From the NCBI RefSeq assembly GCF_028368995.1, contig NZ_JAQNDL010000003.1, forward strand, positions 1,088,001-1,152,000: DNA of 64,000 nucleotides, written 5' to 3'. A model generated the notes under the pieces. That model had not been told where the DNA came from, did no database searches, and was given only the letters and a program-made list of their open reading frames with translations. Of the stretch, positions 18,612-28,480 are shown one piece after another (the first letter of the stretch is position 1; each line of letters opens with the position of its first letter). Position numbers and translations under genes: made by a program. The stretch comes from Nannocystis bainbridge (GTDB lineage: Bacteria > Myxococcota_A > Polyangia > Nannocystales > Nannocystaceae).

Positions 18612-20107
18612 CCACGCCTCACCCCGACCTGGACTACGTTTCGAACCCGCGTCCCGGCGAGCCGGTGCGCGTGCTGGTGATCGACGACGACGAGGTCGAC
18701 CGCGAGCTGGTGCGGCGGGCCTTCGCCAAGTCCGGCCTCGAGGTGACGCTGATCGAGGACGACGACCCGATCGCCGCGCTCGAGCGTCTGCGCCGGTCGC
18801 CGGTCGAGGTCGTGCTGCTCGACTATCAGTTCCCGCGCCACGACGGGCTGGTCGTGCTGCGCGGGCTGCGGGAGCTCGACGTGTTCGTGCCGGCGATCGT
18901 GCTCACCGGGCACGAGGACACCGCGCTGGCGGTCGAGCTGATGAAGAACGGCGCGGTCGACTACATCGCCAAGGGCGCGCTGACGCCTCAGCGGCTCGCG
19001 CAGAGCGTCCGCCACGCCCTGCGCCTGCGCGCCTCGGAGCTGGCGACCCGCGCCGCCCAGGAGGCCCTGCGCGCCAGCGAGGAGTTCAGCCGCCGGATCT
19101 TCGAGTCGAGCCACGACGGCATCATCGTGCTCGACCTCGAGGGCCACATCCTTTCGATCAGCCCCGGCGGCCTGCGCCTGCTCGGCGCCGCCGGGCCCGA
19201 CCAGCTGCGCGGCCGCTCGTGGGTCGACCTGTGGAGCAGCGCGCACCGCCAGGAGGTCGCCGGGGCGCTCGCCGAGGCGCTCGCCGGCAAGGTCGGTCGG
19301 GTCGTCGGCCTCGGTCCCACCCTCGACGGCGCGCAGATGTGGTGGGACGTCATCGTCTCGCCGGTGCTCGCCGCCAGCGGCAAGCCCGAGCGGCTGGTCG
19401 CCACGGCGCGCGACGTCACCGAGCAGCGGCGGCAGGCGGAGTTCGAGCAGCAGCTGATCGGCATCGTCAGCCACGACCTGCGCAACCCGCTGTCGGCGAT
19501 GCTGACCGGCGCCTCGCTGCTGTCCGAGCTGCTGCCGCCCGACTCGCCGCTCGCCGAGATCGTGCAGCGCATCGATCGCAGCGGTCAGCGCGCGACCCGG
19601 CTGATCCGCGACCTGCTCGACTTCACGCAGGTGCGCGCCAGCGGGCGGCTCCCGATCGATCCGCAGCCGGTCGAGATCCACGAGGTGTGCCGCCAGGTGG
19701 TCGACGAGGTGGCGCTCAACCATCCCGACCGCCTCATCGTCCATCAGCCCGAGGGCGACGGCGAAGGCAATTGGGATCCCGATCGGCTCGCCCAGGCCGT
19801 CGGCAACCTCGTCCACAACGCGCTCAGCTACGGGCTCTCCGGCACGCCCGTCACCGTGCGCAGCGTCTGCCACGGCGCGCGCGCGCAGGTGCTCGTGCAC
19901 AACATGGGGCCGCCCATCCCGCCGGAGTCGATCCCCTGGCTGTTCCAGCCGTTCCGCCGCGGCGAGCAGCGCCTCGATCGCGAGCGCAGCATCGGCCTCG
20001 GCCTGTTCATCGTCCGCGAGATCGTCGACGCCCACGGCGGGCACGTCGCCGTGCGCTCGGCCGCGGGCGAAGGCACGACCTTCCACATCGAGCTGCCGCG
20101 CGCCTAG
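18608..20107 (+). CDS. REC-PAS-histidine kinase hybrid
   Basis: N-terminal receiver, PAS domain, SHDLRNPL and GLGLFI. GTGA overlap with the preceding gene. Confidence 0.95.
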   Translation: MTTPHPDLDYVSNPRPGEPVRVLVIDDDEVDRELVRRAFAKSGLEVTLIEDDDPIAALERLRRSPVEVVLLDYQFPRHDGLVVLRGLRELDVFVPAIVLTGHEDTALAVELMKNGAVDYIAKGALTPQRLAQSVRHALRLRASELATRAAQEALRASEEFSRRIFESSHDGIIVLDLEGHILSISPGGLRLLGAAGPDQLRGRSWVDLWSSAHRQEVAGALAEALAGKVGRVVGLGPTLDGAQMWWDVIVSPVLAASGKPERLVATARDVTEQRRQAEFEQQLIGIVSHDLRNPLSAMLTGASLLSELLPPDSPLAEIVQRIDRSGQRATRLIRDLLDFTQVRASGRLPIDPQPVEIHEVCRQVVDEVALNHPDRLIVHQPEGDGEGNWDPDRLAQAVGNLVHNALSYGLSGTPVTVRSVCHGARAQVLVHNMGPPIPPESIPWLFQPFRRGEQRLDRERSIGLGLFIVREIVDAHGGHVAVRSAAGEGTTFHIELPRA

Positions 20108-20143
20108 GCGTCCTCGACGGCCGCGCACGCCGCCGCCGGCGAA

Positions 20144-21703
20144 TCAATCGTAGCGAGTGTCGACCGTCAGGGTCAGCCGCGTGACGGCGCCGCTGGCTGC
20201 GCCCCCGAGGTCCTCGACGGCGAGGAACCAGGTGCCGCCGGCGCTCTCGTCACCCGGCACGCCGACCTTGAACAGCTGCAGATCGATCACCGGCCCGTCC
20301 GCGGTGATGACGGCCGAGCTGGTCCCGGTCGGATTGACGAGGTGCACGGCGAGGCTGTTGGCCGCGTCCTGCACGATCTGCAAGTCGAGGTACGCGGCCG
20401 TCGGCACGGTCGCCACGCCGGAGGCGAGGATCGGCAGCAGCAGCGTGCCGGCGGCGACCAGCTGCGAATCACCGGCAGGGCCGGCGAAGCTGCGGCGCAT
20501 CCAGCCCGGTCGGCACACCCCGTCGCCCTCGCCCTCGAGCCGGTCGAGGCACAGCAGGCCGTTGGCCGGCACGCAGTCGGCGTGCGCGCTGCAAGCTTCA
20601 CCGTCGCCCGGGATCGCGGCCTGGGACACGCAGGTGCCCGGCGCGAGCACGACCCCGCCCTCGCCCTCGAGCACGTCGAAGCACGTGTGCGAATCGCCGC
20701 ACGTCAGCGCGTCCTCGCAGGGCTGGCCCTCGATCGTCTGCTCGACCCCGCAGCGGGTGAACACGTCGGCCTCGATCGCGCCGGCGATCGTCAACGTGTG
20801 CCAGAAGAACAGGCGGCCGTGGCGGGCCCCGTCGTAGCGCGCCGAGAACAGCACGAGCACGCGGTCGGTGCCGACGTCGAGGACCGTGAGCAGCTCGACC
20901 TCGCCCTCGTCGGTGGCGCTCAGGGCCGCTTCCACGGAACCGCTGTCGACCCCGATCTCCGCGCTCGCCCGCAACAGTTGCTCCTGCTCGGTCGCGTCGA
21001 GCTCGGCGGCGCTGGTCACGATGCGCCGATCCATCAGCACGATCCCCGGCGCGAACAGCAGCCCGTCGTACGAGTCCGGCAACAGGCACACGTCGGTGAA
21101 CAGGATCGTCTGCGCGCGACTGATGCACGCCGGCAGCACGGTCTCGACGAACTGCGGATACTCGAGGTCGCAGATCGGGTCGTCCGGCGCGCTCGCGCAG
21201 TGGGCGTCGTAATCGTCGGCGACCGGCTCGGCGTCGCTGCACATGAACAGCAGGTCGAGCAGGAAGTTGCCCGGGGCCAGCTCGGGGTCGCTCTGCAGCG
21301 CGGCGACGCAGGCCAGGATCGCCTGGTCGATCGCCTCGGGGCACTGCAGCGGCACATCGGGATCGCCGGTGGTGCCGGTGGTGCTCGTCGTGCTCGTCGT
21401 GTCCGTGTTCGTCGTGTCCGTGCTCGTCGTGTCCGTGCTCGTCGTGTCCGTGCTCGTCGTGCTCGTGATCTCCGGGCCGGTGGTCGGTTCACCGGTCGTG
21501 ACCTCGCCTGTCGTGACCTCGCCCGTCGTGACCTCGCCCGTGCTCGTCGAGGTGCTCTCCGCCGGCTCGCCGCTGGTCTCGCTCGAAGTCCCCGTCTCGC
21601 CGGCGCTCGTCGTCGCCCCGGTGCCGCCAGGCTCCCCGGCGCAGGCCGTGGCGACGAGCAGAGTGAGCGGGACGAAGCGGGACAGCGCGGCGAAGTTCGA
21701 CAT
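20144..21703 (-). CDS. Lipoprotein with Thr-rich linker and C-terminal proprotein-convertase P-like domain
   Basis: Lipobox VATAC, TTGEV/TTSTD repeats, and C-terminal GDESAGGTWFLAVED...LTLTVDTRYD. Confidence 0.8.
   Translation of the reverse strand: MSNFAALSRFVPLTLLVATACAGEPGGTGATTSAGETGTSSETSGEPAESTSTSTGEVTTGEVTTGEVTTGEPTTGPEITSTTSTDTTSTDTTSTDTTNTDTTSTTSTTGTTGDPDVPLQCPEAIDQAILACVAALQSDPELAPGNFLLDLLFMCSDAEPVADDYDAHCASAPDDPICDLEYPQFVETVLPACISRAQTILFTDVCLLPDSYDGLLFAPGIVLMDRRIVTSAAELDATEQEQLLRASAEIGVDSGSVEAALSATDEGEVELLTVLDVGTDRVLVLFSARYDGARHGRLFFWHTLTIAGAIEADVFTRCGVEQTIEGQPCEDALTCGDSHTCFDVLEGEGGVVLAPGTCVSQAAIPGDGEACSAHADCVPANGLLCLDRLEGEGDGVCRPGWMRRSFAGPAGDSQLVAAGTLLLPILASGVATVPTAAYLDLQIVQDAANSLAVHLVNPTGTSSAVITADGPVIDLQLFKVGVPGDESAGGTWFLAVEDLGGAASGAVTRLTLTVDTRYD
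21372..21548. repeat. 15-bp coding tandem repeats (TTSTD, TTGEV)
   Basis: Repeated gtgctcgtcgtgtcc and gtcgtgacctcgcc units. Confidence 0.8.
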
Positions 21704-21816
21704 GGCGACTTCTTACGCCATGCCGGCAGGCGCCGCACCCGGTGAACGCCCGCGCGCTGTCGACGATCGCTCACCGAGCTGTACAGCGCGCCGCTCCGTC
21801 CGATATATGAGCGGGG

Positions 21817-23928
21817 ATGTCGAGGCTCTCGCTGTTCGCGTTCGTGCTCGCTTGCACGACGGCATGCCGTCCGTCCCCGAAGCCTGCCTCGCCGGCCGCG
21901 GCCGTGAGCGAGGGCGCCACGAGCCCGGCGTCGGGCGTTCCCCCGCGCGCGGCGAGCGGCGAGCCTGCCAGGCGCGAGGCGGTCGAGACCACCGTCTTTC
22001 ATCTTCACAAGTTCCTGCAGCGCATCGGCGTCGAGCGCGACACTTACACGCGCGACGGCGCGGGCGAGATCGAGGCCAAGGCGTCGTTCGGGTTTCAGGA
22101 CCGCGGCAGCCAGGTCACGCTCGCGGCCTCGTTCCGCCTCGGGCCCGACGGCATGCCGCGCGACTACCAGGCCTGGGGCCGCACCTCGCGGCACTCGTCC
22201 ATCGACGAGCGCATCACCCAGGAGCCTGACGGCTCGTTCACGCACAGCCGCGTCGGCGAGGCGCCGGTGCACGCCGGGGCCCCTGCCGCGTCCGTCATGG
22301 CCTCGGGCTACGCCCCGCTGCTCGCCCAGGACCTGATGCTGCGCGCCTGGGTCGCGCGTGGCCGACCGGCGACCATGACCTTGTTGCCCGCGGCGACGTT
22401 GACGATCGAGACGCGCGGCAAACACGAGCACGAGGTCGAGGGCAAGCGCGTGACCCTCGAGCACGTGAGCGTGCGCGGGCTGGTGTGGGGCCGCGAGGAC
22501 GCGTGGCTCGACGACGCCGGCAAGCTCGTCGCGGTGGTGACGCGCGACGCCGAGTTCGACCACTTCGAGGCCGCGCGCGAGGGCTTCGTCGCGCTCCTGC
22601 CGGAGCTGGTGGCGCGGGCCGGTGCCGACGGCGCCGCGTGGCTGTCGGAGGTCGGTCAGTCGGCGTTGCAGGGGCCGGCCGGGGTCGTGGCCCTCGTCGG
22701 CGCCGACCTCGTCGACGGGACCGGGCGCGCGCCGGTGCGGGACGCCGTCGTCGTCTACGACGGCGACAAGATCGTCGCCGCGGGGCCCCGCGCTTCGACG
22801 CCGATCCCCCCGGGCGCGACCACGATCGACGTCTCGGGCAGCACGATCATACCTGGCCTCTGGGACATGCACGCGCACGTCCAGCAGGTCGAGCAAGGCG
22901 CCGCGTATCTCGCGGCCGGCGTGACCACCGTCCGCGACCTCGGCAACATCCTCGAGTTCGTGACCGGCATCCGCGACGCCATCGACGCCGGCGCTGGCCT
23001 GGGGCCGCGGATCCTCGTCAGCGGCATCGTCGACGGCGACGGCCCTCGTGCTCTCGGCACGGTCCGGATCAAGACCCGCGAGGACATCGCCCCGGTGCTC
23101 GATCGCCTCAAGCGCGCCGGGTGCCTCGAGGTCAAGCTCTACTCGAGCATCGCGCCCTCGCTGGTGCGGGCCATCGCCGAAGCGGCGCATCGCCGCGGCA
23201 TGCGAGTGGTCGGGCACGTGCCGGAGGGCATGCGCGTGCTCGAGGCGATCGCGGCCGGCTACGACGGCGTCAGCCACGTGACGTTCCTGTTCGAGCCGCT
23301 GTTCGCCCCGGGCGAGGCGGCGAAGCTGTCGCGCGAGGCCAGGGGTCGCCGGATCGCGGACGCCGACTTCACGAAGCCGCCGCTCGCGCAGGTGATCCGC
23401 ACCTTCGCCAGCAAGAAGGTGATGCTCGACGACACCCTCGCGCTGTTCGAATTGCTGAACCACACCGCCGACGACAACGCGCGCCGCGAGCCCGGCCTCG
23501 CCAAGCTGCCGCGCGAGCTCCAGGGCCTGTTCGACGGCTCCTCGCCCGAGCAAGCCGCCCTCGACGGCGCGATCTTCGACCGCTTCCTGGCGTTGGTGGG
23601 CGAGCTGCACCGCGCCGGCGTCCCGATCGTCGCGGGCACGGACATCTCGGTGCCCGGCCACTCCTTGCACCGCGAGCTCGAGCTCTACGTCCAGGCCGGA
23701 ATCTCGCCGATGGCCGCGATTCAGGCCGCCACGAGCGTGCCTGCGCGCTTGATGGGGCTCCAGGCCCAGGTCGGCACCGTCGAGCCGGGCAAGCGCGCCG
23801 ATCTGGTGATCGTGAAAGGCGACCCGATCGCCGACATCCGCGCCGTCCGCAAGGTGACGCGGGTGGTCGCGCGCGGGCGCATGTACGATCCGTCCGCGCT
23901 GTGGCGAATCGCTGACTTCGTGCCGTGA
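21817..23928 (+). CDS. Amidohydrolase family lipoprotein
   Basis: IIPGLWDMHAH, AGVTTVRDLG, AGTD and GKRADLV. Confidence 0.9.
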   Translation: MSRLSLFAFVLACTTACRPSPKPASPAAAVSEGATSPASGVPPRAASGEPARREAVETTVFHLHKFLQRIGVERDTYTRDGAGEIEAKASFGFQDRGSQVTLAASFRLGPDGMPRDYQAWGRTSRHSSIDERITQEPDGSFTHSRVGEAPVHAGAPAASVMASGYAPLLAQDLMLRAWVARGRPATMTLLPAATLTIETRGKHEHEVEGKRVTLEHVSVRGLVWGREDAWLDDAGKLVAVVTRDAEFDHFEAAREGFVALLPELVARAGADGAAWLSEVGQSALQGPAGVVALVGADLVDGTGRAPVRDAVVVYDGDKIVAAGPRASTPIPPGATTIDVSGSTIIPGLWDMHAHVQQVEQGAAYLAAGVTTVRDLGNILEFVTGIRDAIDAGAGLGPRILVSGIVDGDGPRALGTVRIKTREDIAPVLDRLKRAGCLEVKLYSSIAPSLVRAIAEAAHRRGMRVVGHVPEGMRVLEAIAAGYDGVSHVTFLFEPLFAPGEAAKLSREARGRRIADADFTKPPLAQVIRTFASKKVMLDDTLALFELLNHTADDNARREPGLAKLPRELQGLFDGSSPEQAALDGAIFDRFLALVGELHRAGVPIVAGTDISVPGHSLHRELELYVQAGISPMAAIQAATSVPARLMGLQAQVGTVEPGKRADLVIVKGDPIADIRAVRKVTRVVARGRMYDPSALWRIADFVP

Positions 23929-24101
23929 AGAGCTCCCGCGCGCGACCGCGGAGCGCCCGGGCCATTTCGCGCCCGGCATCGGCCGAGGAGCTCACCACGG
24001 GCAGAAATGCGAGCTCGCAGGTCCTGTCCTGGATCCCCCGACGTCGCGGTCGCACACGACCTCGCCCGCCCGGGTCCTTGCTCGAGTTAGCCTGGGAAAC
24101 A

Positions 24102-25436
24102 ATGACGCTCTCGCGTGTGCCCCTGGTCCTGCTCGGCTGCTTCGCATCGCTCGCCGTCGTCGCCGGCTGCGGAGCCCAGCCCGCCGACCCCACCGCGAGC
24201 GACAGCGCAGCCACCGAAGAGCCCCCCAGCACCACCAGCACCACCGGCACCAGCACCCCCGCTCCCACCACCAGCACTGGCACCACCAGCGACAGCCCCG
24301 ACGGCACCACCAGCAGCACCGCCGCCGATGACCCCACCACGACGACCACCACCAGCACCACCGACACCAGCGGCGGCCCCGTCGAATGTGGTGACGGCGT
24401 CGTCGGGGTCGGCGAGGAGTGCGACGACGGCAACCTCGTCGACGGAGACGGCTGCGAATCCGACTGCAAGATCGGCGACGTGCTCTGCGGCAACGGTGTG
24501 ATCGACGCGGGCGAGGCTTGCGACGACGGCAACAGCGACCCCGACGACGGCTGCGGACCTGGCTGCGCCACCGAGTGCGGCTTTTTGTGCCTCGAAGGCG
24601 GCGCGCCCTGCATCCCTGGCTTTCACGCGGTCCAGTGCGCCTCTCCCGGCGCGCCCTTCGGCCAGGCGAGCCCGATCGCCAACGAATGCCAGCTCGCCAC
24701 CCTCTCGGTCGCCGGTGACCACATTGCCCTGAGCCCGGGTACCACCATCGACGGCCAGCCCCGCCACCTCGACGCCATGTACACCGACCCGAGCAACGCC
24801 GTGTTCGGCTTCGCCGGCGACACCGAGGATATCGCAACGGGCAGCCGGCTCGTCGCCGTGAACACCGGCACCGGCGAGCTGACGCCCGTGGGGCAGAGCC
24901 TGGGCGCCTGGATCATGGGAGCGGCGATGAACGACGAGGGCGAGCTCTGGGTCACCGTCTTCGACACCTACGAGCGCAATCAGACCACCGAAGTCAGCAT
25001 CGCCCGCATCGACCCCGACTCGGGCGAGTTCATCGCCGGCCCGACTCCGCTCACCGAGGGTGGCGAGCCCGTCACCGTGTGGTCGACCCATGTCAGCGAC
25101 GTCGCCTTCCGCTTCGACGGCTCGATGTTCATCTCGGCCAACGAGCCCGGACCGCCGCCGCCCGAGCCGCTCAGCCGCTACCTCGAGGTCGACCGGGCCA
25201 CCGCCACCGTGCTCTCCGCGGTCGAGGGCCCCGACGATCTCTACGCCGCCGGCATCGTCTTCGTCGGCGACGCGCAGCAGATCATCGCCATGGACATCCG
25301 CGGCGAGGACGACATCTTCATCCTCGATCTCTCGGCGCCGCCCACCTTGAACGAGACCCTGCTCTACGCCGACCCGATCCCCACCAACAGCGGGACCTCC
25401 GACCTCGCCGGCTGCTCCAAGCTCGTGCCGCAGTGA
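24102..25436 (+). CDS. Myxococcus cysteine-rich repeat (DUF4215-like) lipoprotein
   Basis: Lipobox VAGC, Thr-rich linker, two CGDG/CGNG...ECDDGN...DGC repeats and a beta-rich C-terminus. Confidence 0.85.
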   Translation: MTLSRVPLVLLGCFASLAVVAGCGAQPADPTASDSAATEEPPSTTSTTGTSTPAPTTSTGTTSDSPDGTTSSTAADDPTTTTTTSTTDTSGGPVECGDGVVGVGEECDDGNLVDGDGCESDCKIGDVLCGNGVIDAGEACDDGNSDPDDGCGPGCATECGFLCLEGGAPCIPGFHAVQCASPGAPFGQASPIANECQLATLSVAGDHIALSPGTTIDGQPRHLDAMYTDPSNAVFGFAGDTEDIATGSRLVAVNTGTGELTPVGQSLGAWIMGAAMNDEGELWVTVFDTYERNQTTEVSIARIDPDSGEFIAGPTPLTEGGEPVTVWSTHVSDVAFRFDGSMFISANEPGPPPPEPLSRYLEVDRATATVLSAVEGPDDLYAAGIVFVGDAQQIIAMDIRGEDDIFILDLSAPPTLNETLLYADPIPTNSGTSDLAGCSKLVPQ

Positions 25437-25539
25437 GCGAGCCCCGCCGCGCGGCGCCGTGCGACGCTGGGACGCGGCCTGCAGGCGAATCGAGCGGTCG
25501 CCGTTTCGCGCCCGGGGCTTCCCGCGTACATTGATTGCC

Positions 25540-26355
25540 GTGTCTGCCGAGATCGATCTCCCCGCCTATCTCGAGCGCATCGGCCACGTCGGTCCCACCG
25601 CGCCCACGCTCGCCACGCTGGCTGCCCTGGTGAAGGCCCACGCGGCCGCGATCCCGTTCGAGAACCTCGACCCGCTGATCGGCCGCACCCCGGCGCTCGA
25701 TCTCGCCGGCCTCCAGCGCAAGCTCGTGCACGGCGGCCGCGGCGGCTACTGCTTCGAGCACAACCTGCTGCTCTCGCACGTCCTGCGCGCCCTCGGCTAC
25801 GCGGTGCGCGGCCTCGCGGCCCGCGTCACCTGGAATCAACCCGAAGGCCACGTCGGCCCGCGCAGCCACATGCTGCTGCACGTTGTGCTCGACGGTCAGC
25901 CGCACCTCGTCGACGTCGGCTTCGGCGGCATGACCCTGACCGGCGTCTTGCGCCTCGTCGTCGACGAGGCCCAGCCGACCCCGCACGGGCCGTTCCGCCT
26001 GCGCGAGGACGGCGGCTATTTTCTCATGCAGGCGCAGGTGCGCGGCGAATGGCGCGGCCTCTACCGCTTCGATCTGGCGGAGCAGATCCAGCCCGACTAC
26101 GAGGTCTCCAACTACTTCCTGTCCACCCACCCGGCCTCGCACTTTCGCACCGGCCTGATGGCCGCGCGCACCCTGCCCGACCGCCAGCTCGCCCTCGCCG
26201 ACCGCCGATTCGCGATCCACCACCTCGGCGGCGACACCGAGCGCCACGTGCTCGACAGCACCGACGCGCTGCGCCGCGTCCTCGCCCACGAGTTCGAGAT
26301 CGCCGTGCCCGCCGACCCCGAGCTGACCGCGGCCCTCGACTGCCTGCAGCGGTGA
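25540..26355 (+). CDS. nat: Arylamine N-acetyltransferase
   Basis: IPFENLD, RGGYCFEHN, SHMLL and VDVGFG, giving the Cys-His-Asp triad. Confidence 0.95.
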   Translation: MSAEIDLPAYLERIGHVGPTAPTLATLAALVKAHAAAIPFENLDPLIGRTPALDLAGLQRKLVHGGRGGYCFEHNLLLSHVLRALGYAVRGLAARVTWNQPEGHVGPRSHMLLHVVLDGQPHLVDVGFGGMTLTGVLRLVVDEAQPTPHGPFRLREDGGYFLMQAQVRGEWRGLYRFDLAEQIQPDYEVSNYFLSTHPASHFRTGLMAARTLPDRQLALADRRFAIHHLGGDTERHVLDSTDALRRVLAHEFEIAVPADPELTAALDCLQR

Positions 26356-26400
26356 ATGACTCTCGGGACATGTCTAAACAGGCATGTCCCGAGAGACACC
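26355..26400. repeat. CATG-N10-CATG family array / long palindrome
   Basis: TCTCGGGACATGTCTAAACAGGCATGTCCCGAGA, with units at 26355, 26369, 26383 and 26397. Confidence 0.8.
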
Positions 26401-26442
26401 TCCTTGACCCGGCGCCGCGCTTGGCCCGCGGAGCCGCGGAGC

Positions 26443-26940
26443 TCAGGTCCCGGCCAGGGTGCGGATGTGCTGCACGAGCGCGGGGTACGCGGCGGCCGCG
26501 GCCTGCAGCGTCTCCTGGGCGGTGCCGAAGCTGCGGCCCGGATCGAGCGTGCGCACCCACGCCTGCATCGGCGCCGAGGCCTCGAAGGGATCGCGCAATT
26601 CGCCGTTGTCACCGACGCCGATCGGCTCGACCCCGCAGGCGATGAGCCAGGCGAAATCGATCAGGTCGCGGCCGAGCACCGCCACCTCGCCGTCGCGGCC
26701 GAGCTTGACGACAGGGGCATGGTCGCCATCGAGTTCGCCCACCAGGTGCAGCGCATACTGACCGCCGGCGCCGTCCTGCACGAAGGTGAAGAACTCCTCG
26801 TCGGCGGCAGGATTGCGCATCCAGTGCGACGGCCGGTACTCCTGATTGTACTGCTCGTAGAACTCGAGGTCGCTCACGGTGCAGCGCCCGTTCATGACCC
26901 AGTCAGAGAGCTGTTCGACGAGAGAGGGAAACGCCTTCAT
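26443..26940 (-). CDS. SMI1/KNR4 (SUKH)-like putative immunity protein
   Basis: Pattern FVQDGAGGQYAL...APVVKLGRDGEVAVLGRDLIDF. Confidence 0.6.
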   Translation of the reverse strand: MKAFPSLVEQLSDWVMNGRCTVSDLEFYEQYNQEYRPSHWMRNPAADEEFFTFVQDGAGGQYALHLVGELDGDHAPVVKLGRDGEVAVLGRDLIDFAWLIACGVEPIGVGDNGELRDPFEASAPMQAWVRTLDPGRSFGTAQETLQAAAAAYPALVQHIRTLAGT

Positions 26941-27161
26941 GCCTACCCGATAGCACGGCGCCGCGCCGTCGTGGCGAAAATCACCCGCGGCGCGGCGACC
27001 CACGGCAACCTCGGCGAAACTCGCCGACGAACGATCGCGGCGCCGCGGTTTCGCCAGGGCGCGAATGTCCGGAGTCGCAGGCTCACAAACCGATCGCGGC
27101 CGGAGCGGGCATCCTGTCCTTCATACGTCGCGCCGGACATCCCGGCGCCTGAGGAATAACC

Positions 27162-28418
27162 ATGCCTAAAGACTCGAACCCGACCACGAATTGCAATGTC
27201 CACACCTTCAACCCGTACGACGGCGAGCAGCTCCGCGACCCGCACGCGATGTTCGCCGAGATGCGCCGCGATCGGCCGGTGTTCTGGAGCCCCGAGCTCG
27301 GGATGTGGGTCGTCAGCCGTCACGGCGACATCTGCAGCGTCCTCCGCGACCCGGCCCGCTTCTCCTCGCAGGACGCCTTCGCTATCGGCGCCGACCTGAC
27401 CCCCGAGGCCACGGCGCTGCTGGCCACCGGTCACCCGCACACGCGCACGCCGATCGACAGCGACGGGCCTGAGCACGCCCGCCTGCGGCGGATCGTCGGC
27501 AGCGCGCTGAACGGCAAGATGGTCGAGCGGTGGGGTCCGCGGATCCGCGAGCTCGCGCGCGAGCTGCTCGACGGCTTCGCAGACGCCGGTCGGGTCGACA
27601 TCGCCGCCGAATTCGCGGAGCCGTTCCCGTTGCGGGTGATCCTCGACATGCTCGGCGTGCCGCTGGCCGACCTGCCGCAGATCAAGCGGTGGAGCGACGA
27701 CTGGTTCGAGCTGATCTTCGCCCGCGTGCCGCCCGCGCAGCACGTCGCGCGCGTCGAGAGCTACCTCGAGTTCCAGCGCTATTGCGAGCGCATGATCGCC
27801 GCGCGCGAGGCGAACCCGGGCGAGGATGCCATGAGCGAGATGCTGCGGGCGGGGCGCGAGGAATCCGTGCCGCCGTCGCGCGCCGAGCTGATCTCGCTGA
27901 TCGCCGGGGCCTTCATCGCCGCCGGCCACGAGACGAGCAGCCGCATGCTCAGCAACACCATGCGCGTGCTGCTGACCACGCCCGGCGCGTGGGCGGCGAT
28001 CGTCGCCGACCCGACCCGGATCGCCCGCGATCTCGAGGAGGCGCTGCGTTTCGAGAGCACGGCGCTCGGCATGGTCCGCGTCGCCACCGCGGAGGTCGTG
28101 GTCGGCGGTCAGACCATCCCCGCCGGCGCCCGCCTGTACCTGCTGTACGCCTCCGGCAGCCGCGACGAAGCCCAGTTCCGCTGCCCGGCGAGCTTCGACC
28201 CGGCGCGGGCCAACGTCATGGACCACCTCGGCTTCGGCCGCGGCGCGCACTACTGCGTCGGCGCCCTGCTGGCGCGCGCGGAGGCCCGGATCGCGCTCGA
28301 GCTGTTCGCCGAGCGCCTGCCCGGGCTGCGCCTCGCGGCCGAGCCGGACCCGGTCCATCGCTCGCACACGACGATCCGCGGCCCGGTGTCGATGTGGGTC
28401 GAGTGGGACGTCGCCTGA
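27162..28418 (+). CDS. Cytochrome P450
   Basis: AGHETS I-helix, EEALR (ExxR) and FGRGAHYCVG heme motif. RBS GAGGA. Confidence 0.95.
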   Translation: MPKDSNPTTNCNVHTFNPYDGEQLRDPHAMFAEMRRDRPVFWSPELGMWVVSRHGDICSVLRDPARFSSQDAFAIGADLTPEATALLATGHPHTRTPIDSDGPEHARLRRIVGSALNGKMVERWGPRIRELARELLDGFADAGRVDIAAEFAEPFPLRVILDMLGVPLADLPQIKRWSDDWFELIFARVPPAQHVARVESYLEFQRYCERMIAAREANPGEDAMSEMLRAGREESVPPSRAELISLIAGAFIAAGHETSSRMLSNTMRVLLTTPGAWAAIVADPTRIARDLEEALRFESTALGMVRVATAEVVVGGQTIPAGARLYLLYASGSRDEAQFRCPASFDPARANVMDHLGFGRGAHYCVGALLARAEARIALELFAERLPGLRLAAEPDPVHRSHTTIRGPVSMWVEWDVA

Positions 28419-28463
28419 TTGTCTCCAAGGACATGTTCGAATGAACATGTCCTGAGAGACTCC
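28418..28463. repeat. CATG-N10-CATG family array between convergent genes
   Basis: AGGACATGTTC-GAAT-GAACATGTCCT, with CATG at 28432 and 28446. Confidence 0.8.
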
Positions 28464-28480
28464 TCGGCACCGCGGCGCCC

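Noticed and set aside
27064-27141. Two weak 14-bp-spaced motif variants upstream of the P450
   Set aside because: Too degenerate to distinguish from chance.
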